The notes below the pieces were generated by a model, which was not told the origin of the DNA, searched no databases, and saw only the letters and a program-made list of their open reading frames with translations. From assembly GCA_965116925.1 (NCBI GenBank), contig OZ220744.1, forward strand, positions 2,944,001-3,008,000: a DNA stretch of 64,000 nt, given 5' to 3'. Source of the stretch: Candidatus Poribacteria bacterium (lineage in GTDB: Bacteria > Poribacteria > WGA-4E > PCPOR2b). Position numbers and translations under genes: made by a program. Positions 39,825-49,466 of this stretch are shown one piece after another (the stretch's first letter is position 1; the number at the start of each line of letters is the position of its first letter).

Positions 39825-41000
39825 ATGAAAATCACAGATGTCAAACTATCCGATCCCGTGTACGCCAACGTCAAACAGAGCACTGACGCCACAGTGGTGA
39901 ACCCCGCGATCCGTGCCAGTTCACTCGTGCAAATATCCACCGACGAAGGTGTAACAGGATTCGCCTCAATTGGCGAACCGCAGGTGGGACCCGAAGGTGT
40001 CACACTGAACAAACTGCTGATTGAGCACATGTTCAAACCGCTAGTTGTCGGTGAGGATCCCCTCGATACCGAGCGGATCTGGGACAAACTGTACTGGGGC
40101 AGCGTGCGCTGGGGCAGAAGGGGGGTTGTTCTGTCCGTAATTGGCGGGATAGATATCGCCCTGTGGGACCTGAAAGGGAAGATTCTCAATCAACCGGTTC
40201 ACAAACTGCTCGGTGCCCACCGAGACACGGTGGCGGCGTACGGGAGCAGCGTCAGTCTCCTCGCTAGCGAGGAGGAACTTGTCGACATCTATTCCGGGTT
40301 CGTCGAAGCTGGGTTCAAGATGGTGAAGATGAAGGTCGGGAGGAGAAATACGAATGAAGACGTGGAGCGGGTCAAGCTAGTGAGGGACACTATTGGCCCC
40401 AATGTAGACCTTGCAATAGATGTCAACTCTGGCTGGAGTCTTAATACAGCAATACGAATGTCAGATAAGCTGGAGAAGTACAACATTTACTGGCTTGAGG
40501 AACCTCTGCCTCCCGACGAGCTAGACAATCATGTCAAACTTGCTGCGGAGATAAGTATCCCGATAGCCCTCGGTGAAACGCACGCAACCAAGTGGGAGTT
40601 CAGAGAACTGATGGAACAGGGGGCAGTGCAGTTCGTCCAAGCCGACATCGTCCGGACCGGGGGCGTAACCGAGTGGGTGAAGATCGCCGCTATTGCCGAT
40701 TCATACGGCTTGCCTATGTGCCCCCATGCAACCACCGAGATCGCAGCATCACTGGTAGCGGCTGTGCCAAACGGACTGTTCGTTGAATGCTTCAGGTTCG
40801 CACCACCTCCCAAAGGTTCATCGGCTGTCATAGACCCAATTCTTCCGAAAAGCGGCGAGATCTCGCCGCCAAAAAGGCCTGGCTTCGGAATCCAATACGA
40901 CGAAGAGGTCCTCAGGAAGCTACGGGCAGGGCAGAAACCGGACCCAGAGGAACTCTGGTTTGCCACAAAAAGAGGCTGGCAGTGGCCACCCTACCTATAG
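39825..41000 (+). CDS. Mandelate racemase/muconate lactonizing enzyme family protein (acid-sugar dehydratase-like)
   Basis: IDIALWDLKGK, KMK, IDVN, WLEEP, IALGE, QAD...GGVT and CPH. Confidence 0.92.
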   Translation: MKITDVKLSDPVYANVKQSTDATVVNPAIRASSLVQISTDEGVTGFASIGEPQVGPEGVTLNKLLIEHMFKPLVVGEDPLDTERIWDKLYWGSVRWGRRGVVLSVIGGIDIALWDLKGKILNQPVHKLLGAHRDTVAAYGSSVSLLASEEELVDIYSGFVEAGFKMVKMKVGRRNTNEDVERVKLVRDTIGPNVDLAIDVNSGWSLNTAIRMSDKLEKYNIYWLEEPLPPDELDNHVKLAAEISIPIALGETHATKWEFRELMEQGAVQFVQADIVRTGGVTEWVKIAAIADSYGLPMCPHATTEIAASLVAAVPNGLFVECFRFAPPPKGSSAVIDPILPKSGEISPPKRPGFGIQYDEEVLRKLRAGQKPDPEELWFATKRGWQWPPYL

Positions 41001-41009
41001 GAGGTGAAA

Positions 41010-42497
41010 ATGAACATCATCTGCATTGTCAATGATTCGCTACGGGCAGATCATTGTGGTTGCTACGACGGCGTGGGGGGTATTAACACTGTCCAATATC
41101 GGACAGCCGAGGGGCTAAAGAAGACCGCTACCCCTAATCTTGATCGACTCGCAGCGGAGGGCGTACTCTTTGCACACTGCTACGCCGAAAGCTTGCCCAC
41201 GATACCAACTCGCACCACATGGTGGACGGGACGTGTCGGTTTTCCGTTCAAACCTTGGCAGCCTTTTCAGGAATCGGATTATCTGCTCGCTGAAGTCCTC
41301 TGGAGCCACGGATATACCAGTGCCCTCGTCACCGATGTGTATCACGGACATAAGCCGGTCTACAACATAGGACGTGGTTTCGATACGACGGTTTTTGTGC
41401 GTGGACAGGAGTATGACCCGTGGATTGTCGACGATCGCACCGTTGACACAAACATCTGGCACCGCCTACGCGGAGATGATACCGATGCACTGTGGGCACC
41501 TCGATTCGAGCAATATATGAAAAACCGCTCCACATTCCAGACCGAAGAGGACTTTTTTGCCCCGCGTGTGACCCATGAAGCGATCCGTTGGCTCGACGCT
41601 ATGGTGAACCAGCAAGGCAAAAAAGATAAACTCTTCCTCTGGGTGGATTACTTCGACCCACACGAACCGTGGGATCCACCCGAACCGTTCTGGTCTATGT
41701 ACAAAGCCTCCGATTACTCTGGACAGGACATCATCGATCCCGTGGCAGGTCCCTGTACAAAGATCGGCAGCCCCTCGACCGAGAAACCGCAAGCCATGAG
41801 TGAACACGAATATCTCACGCCTGATGAGATCGTCCGTGTCCGCTCGCTCTACGCGGGGGAGGTCTCGTTCACTGACAAGTGGGTAGGCGTATTGGTGGAT
41901 CATGTGCGAGATTTGGGATTGCTTGAAAATACGCTGATCGTCTGGTTAAGTGATCACGGCGAACCGTTTGGGGAGCACGGAATTATTCGTAAAGCAAGAC
42001 CGTGGAATTATGAAGAATTGGTGAGGATTCCGATGGTGTTTCGTCCGCCAGAAGCGATAAAATCTGCCAACTCACATCAAGGTGTGATCGACACACTCGT
42101 TCAACCGACCGATCTGTTTCCCACTATCTTAGACCTTCTCGGCATCGGCAAAAACCTGACCTTGTCTCGCACAGGACCGCGTCCGACCGCAGAGCTCTTC
42201 CCGCAGGATATGCAACTAGGAACGGAGACAGTTACCTTGCACGGTCATAGCCTAGCCCCATTGATTCGTGGTGAGACAGAGCATGTGCGCAACTACGCCT
42301 ACACAGGTCACCACGATCGCTCGTGGTCAATTCAGGATACAGCGTGGCGGTTGCACGTCCCGCTGGAGGGGGATGCACCCAGCGAACTGTACGATCGAGC
42401 GTCAGATCCGTATGACCAGCACGATGTGGTAACAGATCATGGGGATCTCGCGGACGATTTGGAGCTGCAATTACGCCGCTGGGTATCGCGTCTGTGA
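41010..42497 (+). CDS. Sulfatase-family (alkaline phosphatase superfamily) protein with Thr at the nucleophile position
   Basis: NIICIVNDSLRADH, TPNLD.LA..G, PTIPTR...TG, FDPHEPW, SDHGE and ELYD...DP. Confidence 0.88.
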   Translation: MNIICIVNDSLRADHCGCYDGVGGINTVQYRTAEGLKKTATPNLDRLAAEGVLFAHCYAESLPTIPTRTTWWTGRVGFPFKPWQPFQESDYLLAEVLWSHGYTSALVTDVYHGHKPVYNIGRGFDTTVFVRGQEYDPWIVDDRTVDTNIWHRLRGDDTDALWAPRFEQYMKNRSTFQTEEDFFAPRVTHEAIRWLDAMVNQQGKKDKLFLWVDYFDPHEPWDPPEPFWSMYKASDYSGQDIIDPVAGPCTKIGSPSTEKPQAMSEHEYLTPDEIVRVRSLYAGEVSFTDKWVGVLVDHVRDLGLLENTLIVWLSDHGEPFGEHGIIRKARPWNYEELVRIPMVFRPPEAIKSANSHQGVIDTLVQPTDLFPTILDLLGIGKNLTLSRTGPRPTAELFPQDMQLGTETVTLHGHSLAPLIRGETEHVRNYAYTGHHDRSWSIQDTAWRLHVPLEGDAPSELYDRASDPYDQHDVVTDHGDLADDLELQLRRWVSRL

Positions 42498-42527
42498 TCT
42501 ATAGTGATTTCTAAGAAAAATAGACAT

Positions 42528-42629
42528 TATAGTGAATTCAAAAAATAAAGAAACACTTGCGCCGCCCGGTAGGTGCGGTTTGTAACCGCACCGGTTTGGC
42601 GTGTCCCATTAATTCTAAAATCTACTATA
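42528..42629. mobile_element. MITE-like element, family B, copy 2 (preceded by a truncated left end at 42500-42527)
   Basis: TATAGTGAATTCAAAAAATAAAG...GTAGGTGCGGTT-TGT-AACCGCACC...TTAATTCTAAAATCTACTATA. Confidence 0.82.
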
Positions 42630-42633
42630 ATAG

Positions 42634-44002
42634 TACTAAAGTTTAGACAATTTTTATTTTCTTGATGTAGCCGTATCAAGGGTTTGTTGAATATCGTCGG
42701 CATTGATGTTTTTACCGAACATCGCAGAAACTAATCGGTTTTCCATTAAAGTCCGTAGATACCGCACCATCAACCCGCGTGTCAACTTAGCGGGTCGATA
42801 CCAATCAATGCCCAATGTCTGAGTTACCTGCTCGATGGTTACCGGCGTGTCAGTATGGGAAGTGACAGCGAATAACAGTTGGGTCATGCAACTGGCTATG
42901 AAACTGAGTTGGACAAACCGATTGATACTTTTTCGACACTTGACCCGATAGGTGTCAAATCCGAAGTGTTGCTTGGTGTCCCGAAAGGCGGTCTCAATCA
43001 ACCATCTCTTTTGGTAGTATCGAACAATCTGCGGTAAATCTAGAGTTAAGTCAGTGGTAAAGACACAGAAGTATCGAAACGGCTTACGCCTTTTGTCACG
43101 CGTTCGCATCACCACGACACGAACGGGTTGTGGACACATTTTGGTTCGGGCGACTATACTTGCTATGGCATACTGTTTGTCGTCAATGTCAGTCGTTTTA
43201 TACCGCAGATACGGCAGATGAATCCGTTTGCCGTATCTCTTAGGTCTGCCGGGTTTGGATTGCTTGGCAGCGGTAGGTAACCGATAGAACACTGCATTCG
43301 ACTTGGCACGACACAACAGGTGATGTCCCGCTTTAAGGACACAGCCAAATACTTTCTGTCGAGCGAATCCCCGGTCAAAGATAATCAGTCCCGCAGGGAT
43401 GCGGCTGCACATCCGTTTGAGGACTGACTCACTAGTGTCGCGCTTTGTCTGTGGACACATCAACTTGACAAACACCGGAAACAGTATCGTCTCGTGGACG
43501 GTGCTACAAAGTAATCCCAATGCACCAAACTGATGACCATGGTGAAACTTCGATTGATTCGTGTTGCGTGTGTGATAGCGATGGTTCCTGAAAAAATGAA
43601 GTCCAAATTGTGTCTCGCCGGTCTTTCGTGCGTGCGTCTCATCGTAAACGTAGACCCAGTTATCGAAACACCTCTGTAACAACTTCAGCAGATGGTGACC
43701 GACTCTATCGGCGTCCCACTTGCCACGCGAAAGGAACTTCACCAGCGAGTGGTAACCCGTTTTCGGACGAACCGCTTGATAAATGCCGGTCAGCGTCGCA
43801 CCTTCGCGCTGTGTGATAAGTCCCACAACAAAGACACAAAACAGATGAAAGTTTTGAGACTTGAATAACGGACGAAAATCGGTTAAAATAGCATTCAGGC
43901 AGAATATGAGGTACATAACTTCTCCTTTCAAAATTGTGATGGATTTCTGAAAGGATAACCTCTTTTCTGCCTTTTTGCATTAAAATTGTCTAAACTTTAG
44001 TA
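42634..44002 (-). mobile_element. Intact 1369-bp insertion sequence, IS701-like
   Basis: Perfect 21-bp TIRs TACTAAAGTTTAGACAATTTT (42634-42654) / AAAATTGTCTAAACTTTAGTA (43982-44002); 4-bp TSD ATAG at 42630-42633 and 44003-44006; single transposase ORF. Confidence 0.92.
42654..43916 (-). CDS. DDE transposase (IS701/IS4 superfamily)
   Basis: YDET, FDRGF and Y..RW.IE..FRD.KQ motifs; RBS AAGGAG before ATG 43916; stop codon overlaps the TIR. Confidence 0.92.
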   Translation of the reverse strand: MYLIFCLNAILTDFRPLFKSQNFHLFCVFVVGLITQREGATLTGIYQAVRPKTGYHSLVKFLSRGKWDADRVGHHLLKLLQRCFDNWVYVYDETHARKTGETQFGLHFFRNHRYHTRNTNQSKFHHGHQFGALGLLCSTVHETILFPVFVKLMCPQTKRDTSESVLKRMCSRIPAGLIIFDRGFARQKVFGCVLKAGHHLLCRAKSNAVFYRLPTAAKQSKPGRPKRYGKRIHLPYLRYKTTDIDDKQYAIASIVARTKMCPQPVRVVVMRTRDKRRKPFRYFCVFTTDLTLDLPQIVRYYQKRWLIETAFRDTKQHFGFDTYRVKCRKSINRFVQLSFIASCMTQLLFAVTSHTDTPVTIEQVTQTLGIDWYRPAKLTRGLMVRYLRTLMENRLVSAMFGKNINADDIQQTLDTATSRK

Positions 44003-44725
44003 ATAGTAGTAGGCACACTCCGTGTGCCGTAACCCCGCGAAGTTTCCCAAGTCCCCCTGACAAGGAGGATTTAGGGGGTTGGCTATGCATTGGGAATGTC
44101 TAAGTACCTAGGTTTCGCCCAATAAAACGCGTATTTTATGCCGTTGAGTGACTGATCGGACTTTTGTACCACGATCTGTTAGATTGTGATCCCAGTCTGC
44201 AAACTAACAGCTCGCGCTACACTTGGCAGATTGCCTGATGATTACAGCGTTTGTCGGATCAGCAGCTTCAAAATGTCAACACGCCCTAGCAACTTGCGCG
44301 AAGAAGCAAATAAGATCGCTCATATAAAGAAACGGTGCAACCCAAACCGATTGAGTTGATGAGTTCACTCGTTTATTAATGAATCTATGGACGAATGAAC
44401 CAATGAACTATAGGAGTTACGCAGTTCAGTTTGTAGTAGCGCAATTCATTGCGCGTTCTTCCCTCCCCATGCTTGCGGGGGGATAGAGGGGGACGGGCGA
44501 TAAATCGCCCTACTACAAACCTAAGACCTTACTGTAGTTGCCCGTTTCTTAATCCCGCCTGTCCCGATTCATCGGGGATTCATCGGGCGTTGGAAATGGT
44601 GTCCAGTTGCTTTGAATCCCGATTTATCGAGGAGGCGATGAATCACCGAACTACAAGGTGTTGAACGTTCAACTGCGTAAGTCCCACTAATGTTTTTCAC
44701 GTTTCACGCATCACGTTTCACATTT
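44003..44725. repeat. Cluster of several different REP/MITE-like repeats
   Basis: GTAGTAGGCACAC-TCC-GTGTGCCGTAACC; AAGTCCCCCTGACAAGGAGGATTTAGGGG; TGTTAG/CTAACA hairpin ending GCGCTAC; AATGAAC repeats; element 44411-44686; TTTCACG repeats. Confidence 0.75.
44411..44686. mobile_element. MITE-like shell (TAGGAGTTACGCAGTT / AACTGCGTAAGTCCCA) enclosing two convergent REP pairs
   Basis: Near-perfect TIRs; possible CTA duplication; REPs at 44433 (+) and 44494-44516 (-), and at 44534 (+) and about 44634-44654 (-). Confidence 0.7.
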
Positions 44726-44808
44726 TGTGTATTTTGCACTTCCTTTTAACATGAGCCAATAAGATATTTGTCTATTAGGACTATGTCGGCAGCAGGGTAG
44801 TGGGGGGA

Positions 44809-46170
44809 TTACTCTTGTGATTCTTCCTGTTCTTGTGATTCCTGTTCTTGTGATTCTTGTGACGTGAGCCGAATCACTGGCGGTGTTCGGATTTCCGTCG
44901 CCGTCGCCTGAATATATTGCTCAAACGCCTCCTGCGTTCCTATTTCAGGCTCTTCTGCCTCCTGTTTTGCTATTTTGGCTTCTTCCGCTTCCTGCGCCGC
45001 TATTTCAGCTGCTTTTTCCTCAACATCTCCTCCCAAGGTAGAAGCAAATCGGTAGAACACTTCATCGTATGGGTCTAGCTTCATCAATAGTATCGCATTC
45101 CCTGTCTCTGAATCTAAAAAGGTGTCGAACCCGTCTACCGGATATGTCACACCAAAACCCATTTCATGGTTGGCTTCTGTTTCCCAGTTCCATATCCAGC
45201 CATCTTTCTCGTTGCTAACCGAGTTGATTCTACGATTCGGCAGGCGGACTGCAATACGGTATCGGTCTTCTAACCCTTGAACTTTGACCCGATGTTCTCC
45301 CCACTGGTGTCCCGCATAGATTGAAAACGTTGAAATGAAAGAAACTTCTTGGCCTGACGACAAAACCCAGTTAGGTATAACTCGTTGTACGGTGGATCTT
45401 ATGGGCCCATCTGCAAGAATGCGCACATAATCCCCCTGATTTTTAGGAGAAATTAACGTCTGCGCCTCCGTATCCCAAAGCCCGAATCCACTTCCGCTGC
45501 CCATCTCTTTTGTTGTGAAAAGTGGTGTTAGAACCTCTTCCTCAGAATCTGATGGGATTGTGAGTTGGCGGACGAATTGATCGAGGAATAAGCCCTTCAT
45601 TTTCTTTCCGTAGATGTCAATTGAACCGTTCGAGTGCAAGAGGTAGGCAGCCCCCTCTGACTCCAATGCGGCAAATCCCTTCAACTCCGGGAATACTCCT
45701 GCCCGCGTCCGCCGGGTGAACCCAAGCGTGATCGATACCTGGTTATCGGGAGCGTAGCGGATTGTAACCCCCTTTGTCTCCTGCGGTTCGAGATCTACAA
45801 GAAAGACTAGTTCGTCCTTTTGGCCGTCGTAGTTTGTGTCATCGGCTTGGCTTGGGATTTCGATTTCAGCGGGTGGGTGTCCTGTAACGACGAGGTAGGC
45901 ATCAAATGAAAAGTCGGAGGCAATCCCCCTTAGCTCAGCAAGCGACAGCACAATCGGCACATTGACGCGCTTGACGGGTAGGGTATTCTGTATGGTCAGT
46001 TGAATCTGTGGGATGTCACGGTTTTGGCCGCCGGGGAAATTACATCCAACAATCCACAAGAATAGCAAGCCGAAACCCAGATATAAATAGAAAGTCCTCT
46101 TTGGATTATAAAGAGGACTCCATTTGCAAAACTGCCACTGTTTTTCTAAATTGGTGAAAAAACCGGTCAA
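44809..46170 (-). CDS. DUF4861-like lipoprotein with acidic repetitive tail
   Basis: Lipobox IVGC; PSQADD.N.DG.KDELVF, IDIYGKK and ILADGPIRS; TTG start after GGAGGA. Confidence 0.72.
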   Translation of the reverse strand: MTGFFTNLEKQWQFCKWSPLYNPKRTFYLYLGFGLLFLWIVGCNFPGGQNRDIPQIQLTIQNTLPVKRVNVPIVLSLAELRGIASDFSFDAYLVVTGHPPAEIEIPSQADDTNYDGQKDELVFLVDLEPQETKGVTIRYAPDNQVSITLGFTRRTRAGVFPELKGFAALESEGAAYLLHSNGSIDIYGKKMKGLFLDQFVRQLTIPSDSEEEVLTPLFTTKEMGSGSGFGLWDTEAQTLISPKNQGDYVRILADGPIRSTVQRVIPNWVLSSGQEVSFISTFSIYAGHQWGEHRVKVQGLEDRYRIAVRLPNRRINSVSNEKDGWIWNWETEANHEMGFGVTYPVDGFDTFLDSETGNAILLMKLDPYDEVFYRFASTLGGDVEEKAAEIAAQEAEEAKIAKQEAEEPEIGTQEAFEQYIQATATEIRTPPVIRLTSQESQEQESQEQEESQE

Positions 46171-46295
46171 AATGTCTCCTCCCTGTCTAAACAAGATAAC
46201 CGATTCGCAAGGAAAAGTCAAGACTCATCTGGCAACAAAGTTTGTGTGACTTGGTATGCCTGAAAATAATCCAGACTATCTGTGCTTTTCCTATG

Positions 46296-46913
46296 TTACC
46301 TCAGATCTTCTGACTCTAATTTCTGGTCTATCTGCGATTTTATCTCATCTAGCAGGGGTTGGACAACAGCTGAATCTAATGTCTCAGCCGGTTGAACTTC
46401 CTTGTTTGGCTCTTCCGTTGTCAGGAGTTCTGTGAAATCGTACGCATCTAAATCAACTGCATCATACCATTCCGTTTCGGGGAAAAGATCAGTCACAGGG
46501 TCTTTTGGTTCTGTAATTTCCTGTAAAAGTTGTAGTCTTCTCGACGCCGCTTCCTCTGTGGTGGAAGTTTGCGGCATATTGCTGAGATCTTCTCTTGAAA
46601 AATCCCACATCGAATCCTTCACATTCGCCTGATTCTCCGGTTGTGCACCTTCTTTATTGTGGTGTGACGGGGTCGATTTTTTTACATAGTTTGGGAAGTA
46701 ATCTTGTACAGTATCAACGTTGAGTAGCTCCGGTTCGCCTCTTAAAATAATAGTATTTGGCGAATATGCAGCCAATACCCAATCCACCATTTGACGGACC
46801 GATACGGCGATAGAATGGAAGATCGGATTTAAATTCCCGATTGCTTCAATCTGAAGCAATCCCAAGATCAGTAGTAGGGCTAATACGAAAATGCCGATAA
46901 ATTTTATCTTCAT
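46296..46913 (-). CDS. Hypothetical protein with N-terminal TM/signal and acidic low-complexity body
   Basis: 205-aa ORF with RBS AAGGGGG and hydrophobic N-terminus; no recognisable motif. Confidence 0.65.
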   Translation of the reverse strand: MKIKFIGIFVLALLLILGLLQIEAIGNLNPIFHSIAVSVRQMVDWVLAAYSPNTIILRGEPELLNVDTVQDYFPNYVKKSTPSHHNKEGAQPENQANVKDSMWDFSREDLSNMPQTSTTEEAASRRLQLLQEITEPKDPVTDLFPETEWYDAVDLDAYDFTELLTTEEPNKEVQPAETLDSAVVQPLLDEIKSQIDQKLESEDLR

Positions 46914-47058
46914 CCATATCCCCCTTCAATTTTGACGTGACAGTTTTTCAACGCAAGGCATACCATAATGGACAGCATCTGTGATTTCCTTAAACCTATC
47001 ATAACATACAATTGTTAAGAAAATGTTAAAATAATGTGAAGCATGAATGAAATTCTCA

Positions 47059-47955
47059 TCAGATTGCTTCAATTTGTGCGATAAGCTCCGATGGTAGATA
47101 GCGTCCGTCAGCCACCGAAACCGATGTTTCTAGTTCCTCAATGGACGCTACTCCCGATAGCAGAATAGACACTCGCGAATCCGATAGCAGATAACGCAAG
47201 GCGGTTTGGGGGATGTCTTCAGAGTGATTCGCCAACAGGGTTTCTACCTGCTCCAGCTTGTCGTAGAGGTCAGCAAAGCGTCCGTTTTGCGTCCACAATT
47301 CCCGTTTTGATCCCAAAAGTCCGGCATGGAGTGGTGAAGCAGTAATAACGGCGACATCGCGCTCCGCTGCGGTGGGGACCAGAATTTCCTTGGCTTCTTG
47401 GGTGAGCAGGTCATATTTGCAGAAAGTGATTACGGAAACAAAGACCTCCGACGCTTTCAGAACATCTCGCATCAACCCTAAATCCGAGCCGGTCAAGCCG
47501 ATGTACTTGGTCAGCCCTTGTTCCTGGATTTCCAAGAGAGTTTCCAATGTTCTACCTGCCCCGAAGATACCGTCCCAACCAGCCTGCTCTGCTTCGTGGA
47601 TCTGCAGCAGATCAACCTTGTCTCGTTGTAGACGTTTTAAGCTTGCCTCAAACCCACGCCAAACGGTGTCTCTCGTGTAGTCGAACGGTTCTGGATAGTA
47701 GCCTACTTTAGTCGCTAGGTAATACGGCTCAGTTACGCCTTTGAGGGCAGCCCCCAACACCTCTTCGCTACGACCCTGACCGTAGAGGGGGGCTGTATCA
47801 AAGTAGTTAATCCCAAGTTCTAAGGCTCGCTCGACAATGCGGGCACCGTAGGAAAACGGCTTTAGCCCGAACTCCGGACGTCCGTAAAACCACGAACCTC
47901 CCAAGCCAATCTCGCTGACCAGCCAATCGGTTTTACCAAATCGTCGATACTGCAT
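47059..47955 (-). CDS. Aldo/keto reductase
   Basis: YRRFGKT..VSEIGLG, FDTAPLYG.G.SE, LATK, SLKRLQ.D.VDLLQIH. Confidence 0.92.
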   Translation of the reverse strand: MQYRRFGKTDWLVSEIGLGGSWFYGRPEFGLKPFSYGARIVERALELGINYFDTAPLYGQGRSEEVLGAALKGVTEPYYLATKVGYYPEPFDYTRDTVWRGFEASLKRLQRDKVDLLQIHEAEQAGWDGIFGAGRTLETLLEIQEQGLTKYIGLTGSDLGLMRDVLKASEVFVSVITFCKYDLLTQEAKEILVPTAAERDVAVITASPLHAGLLGSKRELWTQNGRFADLYDKLEQVETLLANHSEDIPQTALRYLLSDSRVSILLSGVASIEELETSVSVADGRYLPSELIAQIEAI

Positions 47956-48068
47956 CTCTCCTCCTTAGGGGTTACGCAAATTTAGCACGTGGTGCAAGTT
48001 TTTTTATTTTTAATCCCCTAAATCCCCCTTGTCAGGGAGACTTATGAACCAACTGGTAAATTCTATTC

Positions 48069-49082
48069 CTAAAATCCAACCGCTTTCAGTAGTCCCTTCA
48101 GATATCCAACTGAGTAGACAAACCCCTGTCCACCAATCTCATTTTCGTAAAGTGTGTGCGGACAGTGACCGGGAAGCAAGACACTATCAAACCCGACCTC
48201 TTTGAAGGCTTGCAGTACAGCGAGGAAGTCGCAATCGGCTTCATCCAAGAAGCATTCCTGAAATTTCGGGACTGTTCCTTGAACGCCTTGGGCGTGTCCG
48301 TAGACGATTTGTCCGCGTTCTCCAAAATGGCGGATCGCTGCGAGGATGTCAGTCCCCATCGCCGTCCAGTTTCCAAGACAGAAGTTGAGACCACTTGCCC
48401 GGCTATTATTGGCAACCTCCATTGCGCGATGGAATCCCTCGAAATCGTGAAATAGTCGTGGGATACCACCCAGTTTCTCTAACGGCGGATCGTCGGGATG
48501 GAGCGCCAGCCGGACGCCTGCCGCTTCCGCCTCCGGAAGGATTGCATCGATGAAATACTCATAGTTTGCCCACATTTCATCATCGGTGTACTCCCTGCCA
48601 CGAAAAAGGGGTGAGTGCTTCGCGATTTCCATATCAAAACTGCTGACCTGTGAGCCGCCGCGCCCGGGAGTTGTCAGCGAGGTACGCCAAGAGTTCCGTG
48701 TCACGCCCGGTTGGTTGACCATCCAGTGGTAGCCGTAGACCGGAATATCCGCTTTGCCCATATTGCGGATGGTGATAATCACATTCTCAATCTGCTGATC
48801 GCGTCCCGGTAGCCCTAGCATCACTCGGTCATAACAGCACGACGGTAACGGGTTCTCGATTCCAATGACCCTGAGTCCTGCATCCTCGCAACGCTTCCGG
48901 ACCAGCACAAAATCGAGAAAATCCCAATGTGCGCCGGGCTTATCGGCGTTTTCGATGGAGAATCGTTGTGCGGCGTCGGGATGGGAGGTGGAACTGAGCA
49001 CCACATCATCGACACCATACTGTTTCAAAAAATGTAGGTAATCGTCCCGTGCATCCAGTTGGGCGTAAGAACAAATCCGCAT
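48069..49082 (-). CDS. uxuA: Mannonate dehydratase (UxuA)-like protein, divergent
   Basis: GRDQQIE, IRNMGKA, MWANYEYF...LPEAE.AGVRLALHPDDPP, NFCLG and FQECFLDE. Confidence 0.78.
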   Translation of the reverse strand: MRICSYAQLDARDDYLHFLKQYGVDDVVLSSTSHPDAAQRFSIENADKPGAHWDFLDFVLVRKRCEDAGLRVIGIENPLPSCCYDRVMLGLPGRDQQIENVIITIRNMGKADIPVYGYHWMVNQPGVTRNSWRTSLTTPGRGGSQVSSFDMEIAKHSPLFRGREYTDDEMWANYEYFIDAILPEAEAAGVRLALHPDDPPLEKLGGIPRLFHDFEGFHRAMEVANNSRASGLNFCLGNWTAMGTDILAAIRHFGERGQIVYGHAQGVQGTVPKFQECFLDEADCDFLAVLQAFKEVGFDSVLLPGHCPHTLYENEIGGQGFVYSVGYLKGLLKAVGF

Positions 49083-49130
49083 ATCTGCCTCCTATGTTTG
49101 TTAGATACAAACTATTAACCTTTGGTGTTA

Positions 49131-49238
49131 GCTTAGTGAGAAAGTTTTTTTACATCGTTTGAGGCTAAATGAACCGCTGAACCCATGATTTTTACGTTTC
49201 ACGCATCACGTTTCACGTTATCAACAGCTGCCAACTAG
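49131..49238 (-). repeat. Short dispersed element, family F (second copy about 62365-62538)
   Basis: Shared blocks TAGTTxxCAGCTGxTGATA, TGAAACGTGATGxGTGAAACGT and AACGATGTxAAAAAACxxTCTCA in the same order in both copies. Confidence 0.6.
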
Positions 49239-49466
49239 CACCATTGGCTATTATACCCTATCTTCAATCTATTTTTGTATTTAATCTTGCGAGATATGGG
49301 GGCTTTCCTATAGATTTTGGGACTTTGACCTTGACCACCTCTTGACTTTCTGCTAAAATGTGCCGAAAGTGTGGGTAAGATGGTTAAGCAGGGCTCTTTT
49401 GACTTTTCACAGTGGGTTGTAACGGTTGGATCGCAAGCTTTCCTCGTTGGGTAGGGACAAAAATTT

